Shown here: in pieces, positions 29,416 through 39,044 of the stretch | How positions within the stretch are numbered: the first letter of the stretch is position 1 | How the letters are laid out: each line of letters opens with the position of its first letter | Assembly (NCBI GenBank): GCA_964510435.1 | Contig: CAZEBU010000002.1 | Span: 5,458 to 69,457 of the forward strand | Direction of reading: 5' to 3' | DNA from: an uncultured Candidatus Saccharibacteria bacterium | Lineage (GTDB): Bacteria > Patescibacteriota > WWE3 > UBA101185 > UBA10185 | Length of the DNA: 64,000 nt | Notes under the pieces: model-generated | What the model was told of the DNA's origin: nothing | Databases searched by the model: none | Seen by the model: only the letters and a program-made list of their open reading frames with translations | Made by a program: the position numbers and the translations under genes

Positions 29416-30620
29416 GCCAACACCTCCTTGATAATTTCCTCATAACTATCCAGCATTTTGGTAGTAGTAAACCTTTCCTTGGCAATTTTTAGAGAATTCT
29501 CACTAAATTCCTGGCTAACCTTTTTGTTATTAATTATATGTAACATTTTCTCTTTAAATAACTCTATATTACCTTTTTCTACCAAGTAACCGGTTTCTTC
29601 GTTTACCAATGCATCTTTTACTCCTCCCGCATCATAGGCTACTACAGGCAGTCCCGAAAACATGGCCTCAATAAGCACCATAGGTAAACCCTCAAACCTT
29701 TTTGTAGGCAGGATAAATAACCCGTATTCCTTATTCTTATAATATTTTTCGATCAATTTATTGTAGGATGCAATTTTACCCACTAAATTAACATGATCCC
29801 TTAGATTGGGGTGAAATAACACCTCTTCTCTTAATTTCTCCAGAAGGTCTCCTGAGCCCAGCAGATCTATTTGCACAGTAGAAAACTCTTTTTCCTTAAA
29901 TATAGTTAGGATGTCATTAACTCCCTTTGATGCAATTATCTGACCTACATATAAAACCTTACTTCCTCTTGGTAAATTATGCGGTTGAAAAAAAGCCTTC
30001 TCATCAACCCCATTATGAATTACCACTACTTTGTCTTCTAAAATGAAGGTTTCTTCAATAAGAGCGGTGCGCACATAATTTGAAACCGCTACCACCTTAT
30101 CTGATCCGTGCACAAAATCCCTTTGTCTTCTAAAAAAGTTTTTTAGAATAAAGCCGGTATTTTTCAAGAACAGAAAAAGGTCTTTTGGAAAGTGTGCGTT
30201 GGTAAGAAAAGTTTTATACTCGCCAATGATCGTACCGTGAGAAATAGAAATTACTCTAATTTCCAGATCCCTCTTTTTTTTAATGATGCCTAAACCTGCA
30301 GAGCTTTGTGCTAAAGCTATATGGAAAACTTCTTTTTGATGAAATTTGTTAAACTCCTGCACAGAGCGATTTATCCAATTATTTTTTTGCCAAGAGCCAA
30401 AAAAACCAAGTAGTGGACCCATGCGGTAAACACAATCTACAAAAACATACTTGACCCCATTTTCATGAGCTTCATCTAGCGTTAAGTTCCATTTTGGGGA
30501 AAAAACAATTAATTCATGCCCTCTGGAAGCTAAACCCTCACACAATACTTTGTTTTGAGTTTCCAGCCCACCGTAGTCTTTATGCAGAGTGGTTTTTTTC
30601 GCAAAGACTGCGATTTTCAT
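29412..30620 (-). CDS. Glycosyltransferase family 4
   Basis: GGLET, IHNGVD and EGLPMVLIEAM motifs. TATAAT lies 6 nt before ATG 30620. Confidence 0.92.
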   Translation of the reverse strand: MKIAVFAKKTTLHKDYGGLETQNKVLCEGLASRGHELIVFSPKWNLTLDEAHENGVKYVFVDCVYRMGPLLGFFGSWQKNNWINRSVQEFNKFHQKEVFHIALAQSSAGLGIIKKKRDLEIRVISISHGTIIGEYKTFLTNAHFPKDLFLFLKNTGFILKNFFRRQRDFVHGSDKVVAVSNYVRTALIEETFILEDKVVVIHNGVDEKAFFQPHNLPRGSKVLYVGQIIASKGVNDILTIFKEKEFSTVQIDLLGSGDLLEKLREEVLFHPNLRDHVNLVGKIASYNKLIEKYYKNKEYGLFILPTKRFEGLPMVLIEAMFSGLPVVAYDAGGVKDALVNEETGYLVEKGNIELFKEKMLHIINNKKVSQEFSENSLKIAKERFTTTKMLDSYEEIIKEVLA

Positions 30621-30634
30621 AAGGAAATTATACC

Positions 30635-31858
30635 TCACGGACTAAGCAAAAGTAGTGATTCCAGCTTTTTTACATTAGTTTCCTGATCAAACATTTCTTG
30701 GGCTTTCAAATATACCGCGTTTCCTAACCGCTGTTTTCTCTCTTGATCTAAAAGTAATCTTTCTATCTCAGTAGCCAGGATCTCAGAATTCCTCTGCGGC
30801 ACGATCACACCTGTAACATCATCAATGATTAGTTCGGTCACGCTACCTGCATCGGTGGTTATTATAGGGAGCTTAGCTAGAGCAGCTTCTATAATTGTGT
30901 TAGGAATACCATCTGCATCTCCATACTCACTCTTAACAATGGGTAGTACAAACAGATCTGCAATGAGATAGTATTGCGCTATCTCCGAAAAAGGAGCACC
31001 TTTACCTTGTCCCTTAATATAAAAGGTTTCCTCTAAAGCTAATTCGCTTATTTTCTGCTGTAACTTTTCGTACAAGGGTCCCGGTCCTACCAAATATACT
31101 TCGTGCTTAAAGCCCCTATCTTTTAATATCTTAGAAGCCTCGATCATATACTCGATGCCCTTCTTTTCCGTTAATCTGGTTCCTCCCATAAATATCATAG
31201 GGCCGCCGGGTTTAGTGATGTTGATCTCTTTCGGAAATATATGTGCAGAGTCAATTCCATGGTGAATGAGATGTACTTTGGATTCATCTGCTTCAGAAAT
31301 TCTCATTAATCGCCGGTAAGCATGTTGATTACACACAGAAATAAACTTAGCCTTCTTTGCTTTGGTCTTTGGTAAGTGAGGATACTCCAGCACATCTCTT
31401 GCGTGGGCAGTGATGCTAAATGGCCTATCCAAAATAATGGCTACAAACATTGCTAAAGAGGAAAAATCAGAATAAAAATGGGCATGTATTTCATCAGGTT
31501 GGTAGTTTTTCAGGATATTGGCATAACCCAAGGCTTTAACTAGTAAGTAAAATTTCCCCCAGGTGCTCTTCGTCAAATCTCCCCTGATAATTTTCTGCAA
31601 TTCCCATATTTTGTCGGATTTCGTAAAAAAGTACCTTAGAGAAAAGAGGAGGTCTATTACATTTAGTCTTGCCTTGTGAGCATGGGGTTTTAGTATCTCA
31701 GGAATTTCACCTTTACCCTTTTTTAGATAAACAATAGTTATCTCTAAATTTCCTAACTGCACCAGTTTTTCTAGATCCCTAGCAATAAATGTCTCAGTCA
31801 AAACGGGAAATTCGGGTATGAAAACCAATATTTTTTTGTTGTTATTTATTTTTATCAT
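30635..31858 (-). CDS. Glycosyltransferase family 4 (WcaL-like)
   Basis: FPVLTETFI, IHAHF, TAHARD and DGIPNTIIEA motifs. Confidence 0.9.
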   Translation of the reverse strand: MIKINNNKKILVFIPEFPVLTETFIARDLEKLVQLGNLEITIVYLKKGKGEIPEILKPHAHKARLNVIDLLFSLRYFFTKSDKIWELQKIIRGDLTKSTWGKFYLLVKALGYANILKNYQPDEIHAHFYSDFSSLAMFVAIILDRPFSITAHARDVLEYPHLPKTKAKKAKFISVCNQHAYRRLMRISEADESKVHLIHHGIDSAHIFPKEINITKPGGPMIFMGGTRLTEKKGIEYMIEASKILKDRGFKHEVYLVGPGPLYEKLQQKISELALEETFYIKGQGKGAPFSEIAQYYLIADLFVLPIVKSEYGDADGIPNTIIEAALAKLPIITTDAGSVTELIIDDVTGVIVPQRNSEILATEIERLLLDQERKQRLGNAVYLKAQEMFDQETNVKKLESLLLLSP

Positions 31859-33209
31859 CTCTTAAAATAGCGTAGATCGGCCGATCTTCCTGTTCAGTCA
31901 ACCCGTTGGTCTTTTTGCCGATAGCAAAATAGGTAATACCCAGACTTTCCACCTCATCTTTTTGCAGAAGATTCCTACCATCAAAAATAACCGGCGCTTT
32001 CATCAATCTTTTAACTTTTTTCAAGTCAAGATTAGCAAATTCCATCCATTCAGTTAAAATACACAGGGCGTCGGCACCCTTAACAGCCTCATAAGCCGAA
32101 CTGCAGTAAGTAATGTTAGGTTTTCCGAGTTCTTTCCTGGCATTTTCCATGGCTTCCGGATCATAAACTTTAAGATTTGCACCCAAACCACGCAACATTT
32201 TTACAAGTCTAATGGAAACGGAATCGCGGGTGTCATCAGTGTTATTTTTGAAGGCTAAACCTAAACAGGCTAGAGATTTATTTGAAAGGTTACTACCAAG
32301 ATGAGAAACTATCTTTTTTAGAAAATAATCCTTTTGCAAATCATTTACCTCCATAACGCCGCGTAACAGCTTAAAATCGTACGCTTGGTCTGTAGAAGTT
32401 TTATACAAAGCAACCACATCCTTAGGGAAACAACTTCCGCCGTAACCTAATCCCGCATTTAAAAAATAAGCGCCGATCCTTTTATCCAGACCCATTCCTT
32501 TTGCTACAGTTTGTACATCAGCACCAGCTCGCTCACATAGTTGGCCTATTTCGTTGATAAAAGAGATCTTGGTAGCTAAAAAGGCATTAGAAGCGTATTT
32601 TATGAGCTCTGATGACCTTAGATCACACTCCACAAGAGGAGACTTTAGATGCTTGTATAACCTCCTCATGACCTTTAAAGCTTTTTGGGAATCAAAACCA
32701 ATAACCGTTCGGTCGGTGTTTTGCATATCCTCAATAGAGGAACCTTCTCTTAAAAATTCGGGGTTGGAAACAACATCAAAACTTACCTTTTGCTTTAAAT
32801 TTTCCTTAATGATTTCCTTGACTCTTTCGTTAGTACCAACCGGCACAGTACTCTTAACAACAATGACTTTGTAGGAGGTAAGACTCTGACCAATTTCCTT
32901 GGCTACAGCCCACACCGCACTTAGATCGGCAGCGCCATCATCACCTTGCGGAGTACCCACGCAGATAAAAACTACTTCCGCATCTTTAATACCCTTAGGA
33001 AGTGAGGTAGTAAATTTCAATCTTCCGTCTTCAATGTTTTTTAAAACGAGTTCGGATAAACCAGGCTCGTAAATAGGCATTTCCCCGGAGGTGATCTTCT
33101 TGATCTTTTTCCGGTCAATGTCTATGCCCACTACTTCCTTACCCCACTCAGCAAATACAGCCGCCCCTACTAATCCTATGTAGCCAGTGCCAATTATTGC
33201 TAGTTTCAT
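31842..33209 (-). CDS. ugd: UDP-glucose 6-dehydrogenase
   Basis: GTGYIGL, KSTVPVGT, SNPEFLREG, GYGGSCFPKD and FDGRN motifs; SD GAGGAG upstream. Confidence 0.95.
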   Translation of the reverse strand: MKLAIIGTGYIGLVGAAVFAEWGKEVVGIDIDRKKIKKITSGEMPIYEPGLSELVLKNIEDGRLKFTTSLPKGIKDAEVVFICVGTPQGDDGAADLSAVWAVAKEIGQSLTSYKVIVVKSTVPVGTNERVKEIIKENLKQKVSFDVVSNPEFLREGSSIEDMQNTDRTVIGFDSQKALKVMRRLYKHLKSPLVECDLRSSELIKYASNAFLATKISFINEIGQLCERAGADVQTVAKGMGLDKRIGAYFLNAGLGYGGSCFPKDVVALYKTSTDQAYDFKLLRGVMEVNDLQKDYFLKKIVSHLGSNLSNKSLACLGLAFKNNTDDTRDSVSIRLVKMLRGLGANLKVYDPEAMENARKELGKPNITYCSSAYEAVKGADALCILTEWMEFANLDLKKVKRLMKAPVIFDGRNLLQKDEVESLGITYFAIGKKTNGLTEQEDRPIYAILRDDKNK

Positions 33210-33224
33210 AATAACTCCTCAAGT

Positions 33225-33980
33225 TTAAACTTTGTAAAACCCCCTCAAGTCATTAATTTTAACTTTCAGGACATCAAAGGACATTCTAAACGAATCCTTT
33301 AAGGGGTTCAATCTGGTCGTTTTAACATATGTCCAAGTTACCGGTATTTCTTTTATCTTATAGCCTAGTTTCCTTGCCAAATATAGTGCTTCTACATCAA
33401 ATGCCCCCATATATCCTGTGTTCTCCTCCTTAGCGTCTTCGCCATATGTGCGCATTCTAGGAAAAATATCTTTTGCTGCTTTACTTTTGAATAATTTAAA
33501 GCCGCACTGAGAATCTTTAATCCCGGGTAAAGCCATAAACTGTACATAATAGTTAAAAATTCTTCCCATGAGATGCCGGTAATAAGGTTCATTCACCCGA
33601 TTTGCCCCTACTCCTTCCCGAGAAGCAATTACAATATCAAAATCGTGTTCTTCTATCCAATTAAATAATTTCTTCAGTTCTTCTATAGGGGTTGAAAGGT
33701 CAGCATCTGCCATGTAAATGAAATTACCTCTTGCGGCCATGATCCCCGTCCAAACAGATGGTCCTTTTCCCTTATGAGAGTTCTCTATTAGCCTTAGTTC
33801 GCGGCACTCTTTGGCGTAATTTCCCACTAGCTCAGTAGTATTATCCTCGCTTCCGTCATCTACCACGATTATTTCAAACGATTCACAAAAGTTTCTCATA
33901 AAGGAAATTACTTGCGTCAGGGAGGGAACTATTTTATCTGCTTCGTTATACGCAGGTATAACTATCGAAAACTTTGGCAT
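33225..33980 (-). CDS. Dolichyl/polyprenyl-phosphate beta-glucosyltransferase-like GT2
   Basis: IPAYNE, MADADLSTP, DSQCGFKLF and AFDVE motifs. Confidence 0.88.
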   Translation of the reverse strand: MPKFSIVIPAYNEADKIVPSLTQVISFMRNFCESFEIIVVDDGSEDNTTELVGNYAKECRELRLIENSHKGKGPSVWTGIMAARGNFIYMADADLSTPIEELKKLFNWIEEHDFDIVIASREGVGANRVNEPYYRHLMGRIFNYYVQFMALPGIKDSQCGFKLFKSKAAKDIFPRMRTYGEDAKEENTGYMGAFDVEALYLARKLGYKIKEIPVTWTYVKTTRLNPLKDSFRMSFDVLKVKINDLRGFYKV

Positions 33981-34009
33981 AGTTTATGCTTACATATTTT
34001 ACAAATAAT

Positions 34010-35128
34010 TTAATCCTTTTTCCAAATAACCCGGCTATAGACCGTATAATTCCAAATTAATCCTACTAAAATACCAATAAAAAACGCTGCATAAGCTACT
34101 GGTGTAGTATCGCCAAAGTTGCCAATAGAAAATTTAATGAGCCAAGTCCTAAATATTATTGGAATATATGAGGAAATAAAATAGAGCGCAAAACTTGTTA
34201 CTCTCTTTTTCGTGCCGGTTATTTTTCTCTTTCGAAAAGACCACAGATCGTTAAGGGTATAAGTGGTAAGCATGCCGGCAAATCCTGAGACGGCACTAGC
34301 AGTGGTTGAACCTAAAGGGGTCAGCCTTAAGAGAGTGAAAAGTCCGCTATCAATAAAAAGGCCGGCAAATCCTACAAAAATAAATTTTATAAAGCTTTTG
34401 CTATCCTGATACCTCAAAAGTATGATTACCCTCAGAGAATCAAGCATATTTTCCCTCTCCATTTTTGAATTTCCCCTATCTCTTAAACCAAATTTTATGG
34501 GTACCTCAACGATCTTGGCCCCAAGACGGTGCATTTTAAATAAAAGATCCATTTTGTAAGCGAATCCACTGGAATTAACTTCATCAAGGTTAATGCGGTC
34601 TACAAACCCTTTTACCCTGGAAATTTTATAACCCGTTGTGAAATCGTTGACACTAAATATACCCAAAACCACCTTAGTAAAAATATTCCCGGCTAAACTT
34701 ATAAACTTTCTATAAAACGCCCATTCCTTTGGTATACTTCCACCTTTAATATAACGTGAACCAATAACATAATCTGCACCTTTATCTAAGGCGGCCACTA
34801 ATTTTGATAGATCCTTGGGATCGTGCTGAAAATCTGCATCCATCTCTACTAAAGCTTCCGGGTGAAGATCATGCAAAGCGTATTTGAATCCATACACATA
34901 GGCGTCCCCTAATCCCACCTTTTCTTTTTTCGAAAGTAAATGTACGCTGGCATGCTTCTCTGACAACCTTCTAACTACGTTCCCTGTTCCATCCGGAGAA
35001 CTGTCATCTACTACCAATATCTCAAACTGATGTTGCGGGATCTTATTGAACTCATTCAAAAGCATACCAATCAGACGCCTGATATTATCCGCTTCATTAT
35101 ATGTAGGAATGATCACTACTATCTTCAT
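34010..35128 (-). CDS. Polyprenol monophosphomannose synthase fused to a C-terminal GtrA-like domain
   Basis: IPTYNE, DDSSPDGTG, EMDADFQH and GSRYIKGG motifs; C-terminal four TM segments (KFIFVG...NDLWSF...WNY). Confidence 0.88.
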   Translation of the reverse strand: MKIVVIIPTYNEADNIRRLIGMLLNEFNKIPQHQFEILVVDDSSPDGTGNVVRRLSEKHASVHLLSKKEKVGLGDAYVYGFKYALHDLHPEALVEMDADFQHDPKDLSKLVAALDKGADYVIGSRYIKGGSIPKEWAFYRKFISLAGNIFTKVVLGIFSVNDFTTGYKISRVKGFVDRINLDEVNSSGFAYKMDLLFKMHRLGAKIVEVPIKFGLRDRGNSKMERENMLDSLRVIILLRYQDSKSFIKFIFVGFAGLFIDSGLFTLLRLTPLGSTTASAVSGFAGMLTTYTLNDLWSFRKRKITGTKKRVTSFALYFISSYIPIIFRTWLIKFSIGNFGDTTPVAYAAFFIGILVGLIWNYTVYSRVIWKKD

Positions 35129-35140
35129 AGCTTGTAAATC

Positions 35141-35398
35141 TTAGATACTAAGTGCAGTTAAAACAAGGAGAAAAACAAAAAAACCTATGAGAATATATTC
35201 TAAAGCTATTTGAAAGTCAAATCTACCTTCGAGTATGTGATGGATTATTCCCCAAAGTACATAAAATACAGCTGCCAAGGCCGTAATAATTATCCTCAGC
35301 TGTTTATCATTACCCACATAAAAAAACAATGCCACAAAGGTAGTGATTCCCAGCAAAATAACAGTGTATTCAACTAGCTTATAACTTTTAAACCTCAT
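35141..35398 (-). CDS. Small 3-TM membrane protein
   Basis: 85 aa hydrophobic ORF with YVLWGIIHH...LEY; ATGA overlap with the upstream gene. Confidence 0.7.
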   Translation of the reverse strand: MRFKSYKLVEYTVILLGITTFVALFFYVGNDKQLRIIITALAAVFYVLWGIIHHILEGRFDFQIALEYILIGFFVFLLVLTALSI

Positions 35399-36375
35399 AA
35401 AATGACTCCCGGAAAGACAGAAAGCATCACGCTAACAATGACCACAAGTAGAAATACCAAATGCGCCAAGGTATGGCCGGTTACTTTTAAAATACCGTGT
35501 CTTTTTGAATACCAAATATCTATACCTAGTAAAGTGGTGATAAATCCTCCAAAGGTGATAGTGATCGATCTGGTAACATTGCGAACGTCTATGGCCGGTT
35601 TCGTTTCTACGACTTCTTTGGATACTAGCAAGGCTAATTGCTTGTCTTCAATGATTTCCTTAACGGTCTCTCCTTCTACACTGGTAACGGCCTCAGGCAC
35701 AGTCGGGGGTACAACCTCAAAGACAGCTTCTTCTCCAGTGTCCACTAGCCGATTGGCAGCGGCAACTTGCGTAGGTACTCTAGAACGACCAAACATTTGC
35801 ACTACCAATGTTGTTTCATATCCCTCCAAAACTCCATTTACAATGGCAAAGCCAATGTCATCGTAATTTGCACTAAGTAAATTTTCTCTGTGCGTGGGGG
35901 ATTCGTACCAGGCCTCTACAACTTCCTTAGAGTTATAAAAATTTTTAGCCAAATTTTCTCCTGCATAAGTGTAATCGTACCCCTCTGAGAGAATAAAATC
36001 CCATGGCTTAGTGCCCAAAGGAGAGACGTGAGCCCAATATTCATACGCGTACATATCCTGAGCTTTTCTTTCGGCAGCCTTGCTTAATGCGTGGTTTAGT
36101 TGTAACGGTTTTAGACCCAATTTTGATCTTCTTTCGTTGGTGTATCTCAAAAGATCATCCGTGCTAATGTTAGAGGCATATCCTAATATCCCCGGCGCCA
36201 AAATAGGTAATATGCGCAGCATGATAACCAAAAGAACTAAGATCAAACTGTAGGTGACAAAGGCTCCCTGAGTTAATAATTTTGCTCTTGTACGATTTGT
36301 TTCGTGGGGAACGAAATGATAAATAAAACGATATTTCTGTATTGAATCCGAGTCTTTTGGCAGACGTGCTTTCAT
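35395..36375 (-). CDS. Membrane-anchored CAP (SCP/Tpx-1/Ag5/PR-1) domain protein
   Basis: TNERR, YWAHVSP, AGENLA, WYESPTHRENL and VVQMFG motifs; N- and C-terminal TM segments. Confidence 0.9.
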   Translation of the reverse strand: MKARLPKDSDSIQKYRFIYHFVPHETNRTRAKLLTQGAFVTYSLILVLLVIMLRILPILAPGILGYASNISTDDLLRYTNERRSKLGLKPLQLNHALSKAAERKAQDMYAYEYWAHVSPLGTKPWDFILSEGYDYTYAGENLAKNFYNSKEVVEAWYESPTHRENLLSANYDDIGFAIVNGVLEGYETTLVVQMFGRSRVPTQVAAANRLVDTGEEAVFEVVPPTVPEAVTSVEGETVKEIIEDKQLALLVSKEVVETKPAIDVRNVTRSITITFGGFITTLLGIDIWYSKRHGILKVTGHTLAHLVFLLVVIVSVMLSVFPGVIL

Positions 36376-36384
36376 AACAAGAAA

Positions 36385-36413
36385 ATTATATCTCGTTTCA
36401 TTTGGTATGTCAC
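36385..36413 (-). promoter_or_regulatory. sigma70-type promoter at the head of the glycosylation locus
   Basis: GTGACA-17-TATAAT, 9 nt before ATG 36375. Confidence 0.65.
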
Positions 36414-36428
36414 TTTATGACTAAAACA

Positions 36429-37052
36429 TTATTTCATTGCGGCTATGACGCGATCAAGGACCTCTTTAGGTGTACCTTCGGCATTAATTTCTACAAGTAA
36501 GCCATTTTTTTTAAAGTAAGAAATAACCTCTAAAGTATTTTCTCGATAAGCTTTAAATCTGGTATTTAGTACTTCTTCTGTATCGTCTTCCCTTTTGATC
36601 AGTTTACTTTTGTCGATGTCGCAAATACCCTCCACCTGTGGTTTTTTTGAAAGCAGATTATAAACGTGTCCTTCTTTTTCACATACTCTCCTTGCCAGGG
36701 TTCTTCTTTGAGAGATTTTCTTAGATATGTTTAAAAATATTACTTTATCAATTTGGGGGTCAAAATGCTCTAGATCATCTATGTGCCTCACCCACCCATC
36801 CAAAATATATCCTCTCTCATAACGGGAGTGGGTTGTTACTTCTTCCAATAAACCTCCTACAATATAGTTTGGTGCTAGCAAACCCTTATCCATGTATTCG
36901 TGAACTTTTTGATACCAAATGGTTTCTTCAGGAATGTCGCGTAATAAATCGCCGGTTTTCACTAAGGGGATGTTCAACTGTTCGGACAACATTTTACCTA
37001 TGGTGCCCTTGCCGCTCGCAGGTGGTCCTATCAACAAAATTTTCATGACCAT
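36429..37052 (-). CDS. adk: Adenylate kinase family NMP kinase (divergent NMP site)
   Basis: GPPASGKGT P-loop, TGDLLR, LDGWVR, lid RRVC...CDID and REDD; located after secY. Confidence 0.85.
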   Translation of the reverse strand: MVMKILLIGPPASGKGTIGKMLSEQLNIPLVKTGDLLRDIPEETIWYQKVHEYMDKGLLAPNYIVGGLLEEVTTHSRYERGYILDGWVRHIDDLEHFDPQIDKVIFLNISKKISQRRTLARRVCEKEGHVYNLLSKKPQVEGICDIDKSKLIKREDDTEEVLNTRFKAYRENTLEVISYFKKNGLLVEINAEGTPKEVLDRVIAAMK

Positions 37053-37055
37053 AAA

Positions 37056-37331
37056 CTAGAAACCGGAAAGAATATCCTTTAATTCATCTACATTAACGCT
37101 GCTTCTTAATTGCTTCTCCACCTTTTTATCTGCGGCTTTCATGGCTTTATTTATCAAATCTTTTAGTTCCTTTTGTTCTTCGCTATCAATAATAATTGTC
37201 TCGATTTTTTTATCACCCCTAACAACTACCTTAATGCCTCTTTTTTCTTCGGCAGCGTATATTTGCTCCAATTGCTTTTGCATCTGGGACTTAGCTCTTT
37301 GTGCCTTGTATAAACCTTTTGGATTTATCAT
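37056..37331 (-). CDS. YbaB/EbfC nucleoid-associated protein
   Basis: AKSQMQKQLEQI...IKVVVRGDKKIETIII...DLINKAMKAA pattern; 91 aa. Confidence 0.75.
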   Translation of the reverse strand: MINPKGLYKAQRAKSQMQKQLEQIYAAEEKRGIKVVVRGDKKIETIIIDSEEQKELKDLINKAMKAADKKVEKQLRSSVNVDELKDILSGF

Positions 37332-37335
37332 ATTC

Positions 37336-38592
37336 TTACTGCAAGAAACTTTGATAATTTCTAGTCACCATCATTGACTCCACTTGCCTAATTGTATCAA
37401 GAACAACAGAAACCACAATTAACATGCTGGTTCCTCCTATCGCTAAACTAGTAAAACCTGTAGAAGCTTGAATAAAATAAGGTAATATTGCAATTAATCC
37501 CAAAAAAATGGCTCCCGACAAAGTTAGCCTCAAAGTAATACCCTTGAGAAACTCAGCAGTTGACTTACCCGGCCTGATGCCGGGAATAAACCCACCTCTC
37601 TTTTTAATGTCGTCAGCTATTTTTGCCGGATCAAATTGCATGAAGGTATAAAAGAAAGTGAAACCAAAAACCAATAAAAAGTATAAAAGATTATACAAGG
37701 CTGAGGTTTGCGCAAAATTAACCGCTAAAAACCCACCTATTTTATTTAGTACCGGCGAAGCGGTCGCTAACAACGGTCCGCTTATTAGAGAGGGTACCAG
37801 CACCAACGAAACAGCGAAAATAATAGGGATGACACCTGCTTGGTTTATTTTGATCGGCAAAAAATTAGTTACTCTCTGCGATCTTACACCACGTCTTCCG
37901 TATTCTATGGGAATATTTCTCGTTCCCTCATTCACCAGCACAATGGCCACAATGACTACTACAGCTAAAGCCAGAAAAACAATAATAGTAATAAGACCGT
38001 AACTATCAAGTAAAGAGATAAAACTTAGGACACCGCTAGGTAGCCGGCTAATAATACCTACAAAAATTAACATAGAAATTCCCTGTCCTATACCATATTC
38101 GGTAACCAAATCACCAAGCCAGATCATGATCATAGAACCACTCACAAATGAGAAAAGTAAAACACTCAATTCAAGAGACCCCAGTGTACTGATAACTGTT
38201 TGCCGGCTGAGTAAAAAGTACACGCCATACCCTTGAACCATTGCCAAAGGTATAGTTAAAAGTTTTGTATACAAGTTAATCTTTTCCCTACCGGCTTCTC
38301 CCTCACGTGATAACTCATCGAGTGCAGGAATCATTTTTGTAAATAATTGTATAATGATCGAGGCGTTTATATATGGGCCTAAACCTAAAGTAACAATAGA
38401 AAAATTTTGGAAGCCGCCTCCGCTAAATAGATCAAACATACCAAACAAGGCATTGCTTCCTAAAAAAGATCTTACTGCTGCCAGATCAACTCCGGGAACA
38501 GGTATATGTGCTAGGACACGGAAAATTATAATTACTAATAATGAAAAAAATATCTTTTTTCTTAATTCTTCGTTCTTTAATATCTTGATCAT
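37336..38592 (-). CDS. secY: Preprotein translocase SecY
   Basis: HIPVPG, LGLGPYINASII, AGVIPIIFA, FIPGIRPG and GGTSMLIVV motifs. Confidence 0.99.
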   Translation of the reverse strand: MIKILKNEELRKKIFFSLLVIIIFRVLAHIPVPGVDLAAVRSFLGSNALFGMFDLFSGGGFQNFSIVTLGLGPYINASIIIQLFTKMIPALDELSREGEAGREKINLYTKLLTIPLAMVQGYGVYFLLSRQTVISTLGSLELSVLLFSFVSGSMIMIWLGDLVTEYGIGQGISMLIFVGIISRLPSGVLSFISLLDSYGLITIIVFLALAVVVIVAIVLVNEGTRNIPIEYGRRGVRSQRVTNFLPIKINQAGVIPIIFAVSLVLVPSLISGPLLATASPVLNKIGGFLAVNFAQTSALYNLLYFLLVFGFTFFYTFMQFDPAKIADDIKKRGGFIPGIRPGKSTAEFLKGITLRLTLSGAIFLGLIAILPYFIQASTGFTSLAIGGTSMLIVVSVVLDTIRQVESMMVTRNYQSFLQ

Positions 38593-38593
38593 T

Positions 38594-39043
38594 TTATTTC
38601 TCGATTATTTTAGAACCGCTTTTTTCGATTTTATCCTTCGCTCCTTTACTCACCATCACATCTTCGATCTCCAGCTTCTTATGAAGTTCACCATTAGAAA
38701 TAATTTTAACACCATGTTTCGGTGTACTGCTAATAATACCTTTCTGCAGCAATGTCTCCGGATTGACTTTGTCTCCATCCTGGAAAGAATTGAGTCTTAC
38801 TAGGGATACCACCGCAATATCTTTTCTACGATGATTCTTAAAACCGGATTTTTTAGGGATTTTTTTGTATAGGGGTACTTGTCCGCCCTCGAATCCCAGG
38901 GGGATCTTTCCGCTACCCCGGGATTTCTGACCTTTTGTCCCTAGACCAATTGTATGACCACCCTTACCGCTACCATATCCCCTTCCAACTCTCTTTTTCT
39001 TATTCCTATTAGTTTTTCTTTTCCTTAAATTATGAAGTTCCAT
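38594..39043 (-). CDS. rplO: 50S ribosomal protein uL15
   Basis: RVGRGYGSGKG and GFEGGQVPL motifs. Confidence 0.98.
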   Translation of the reverse strand: MELHNLRKRKTNRNKKKRVGRGYGSGKGGHTIGLGTKGQKSRGSGKIPLGFEGGQVPLYKKIPKKSGFKNHRRKDIAVVSLVRLNSFQDGDKVNPETLLQKGIISSTPKHGVKIISNGELHKKLEIEDVMVSKGAKDKIEKSGSKIIEK

Positions 39044-39044
39044 C

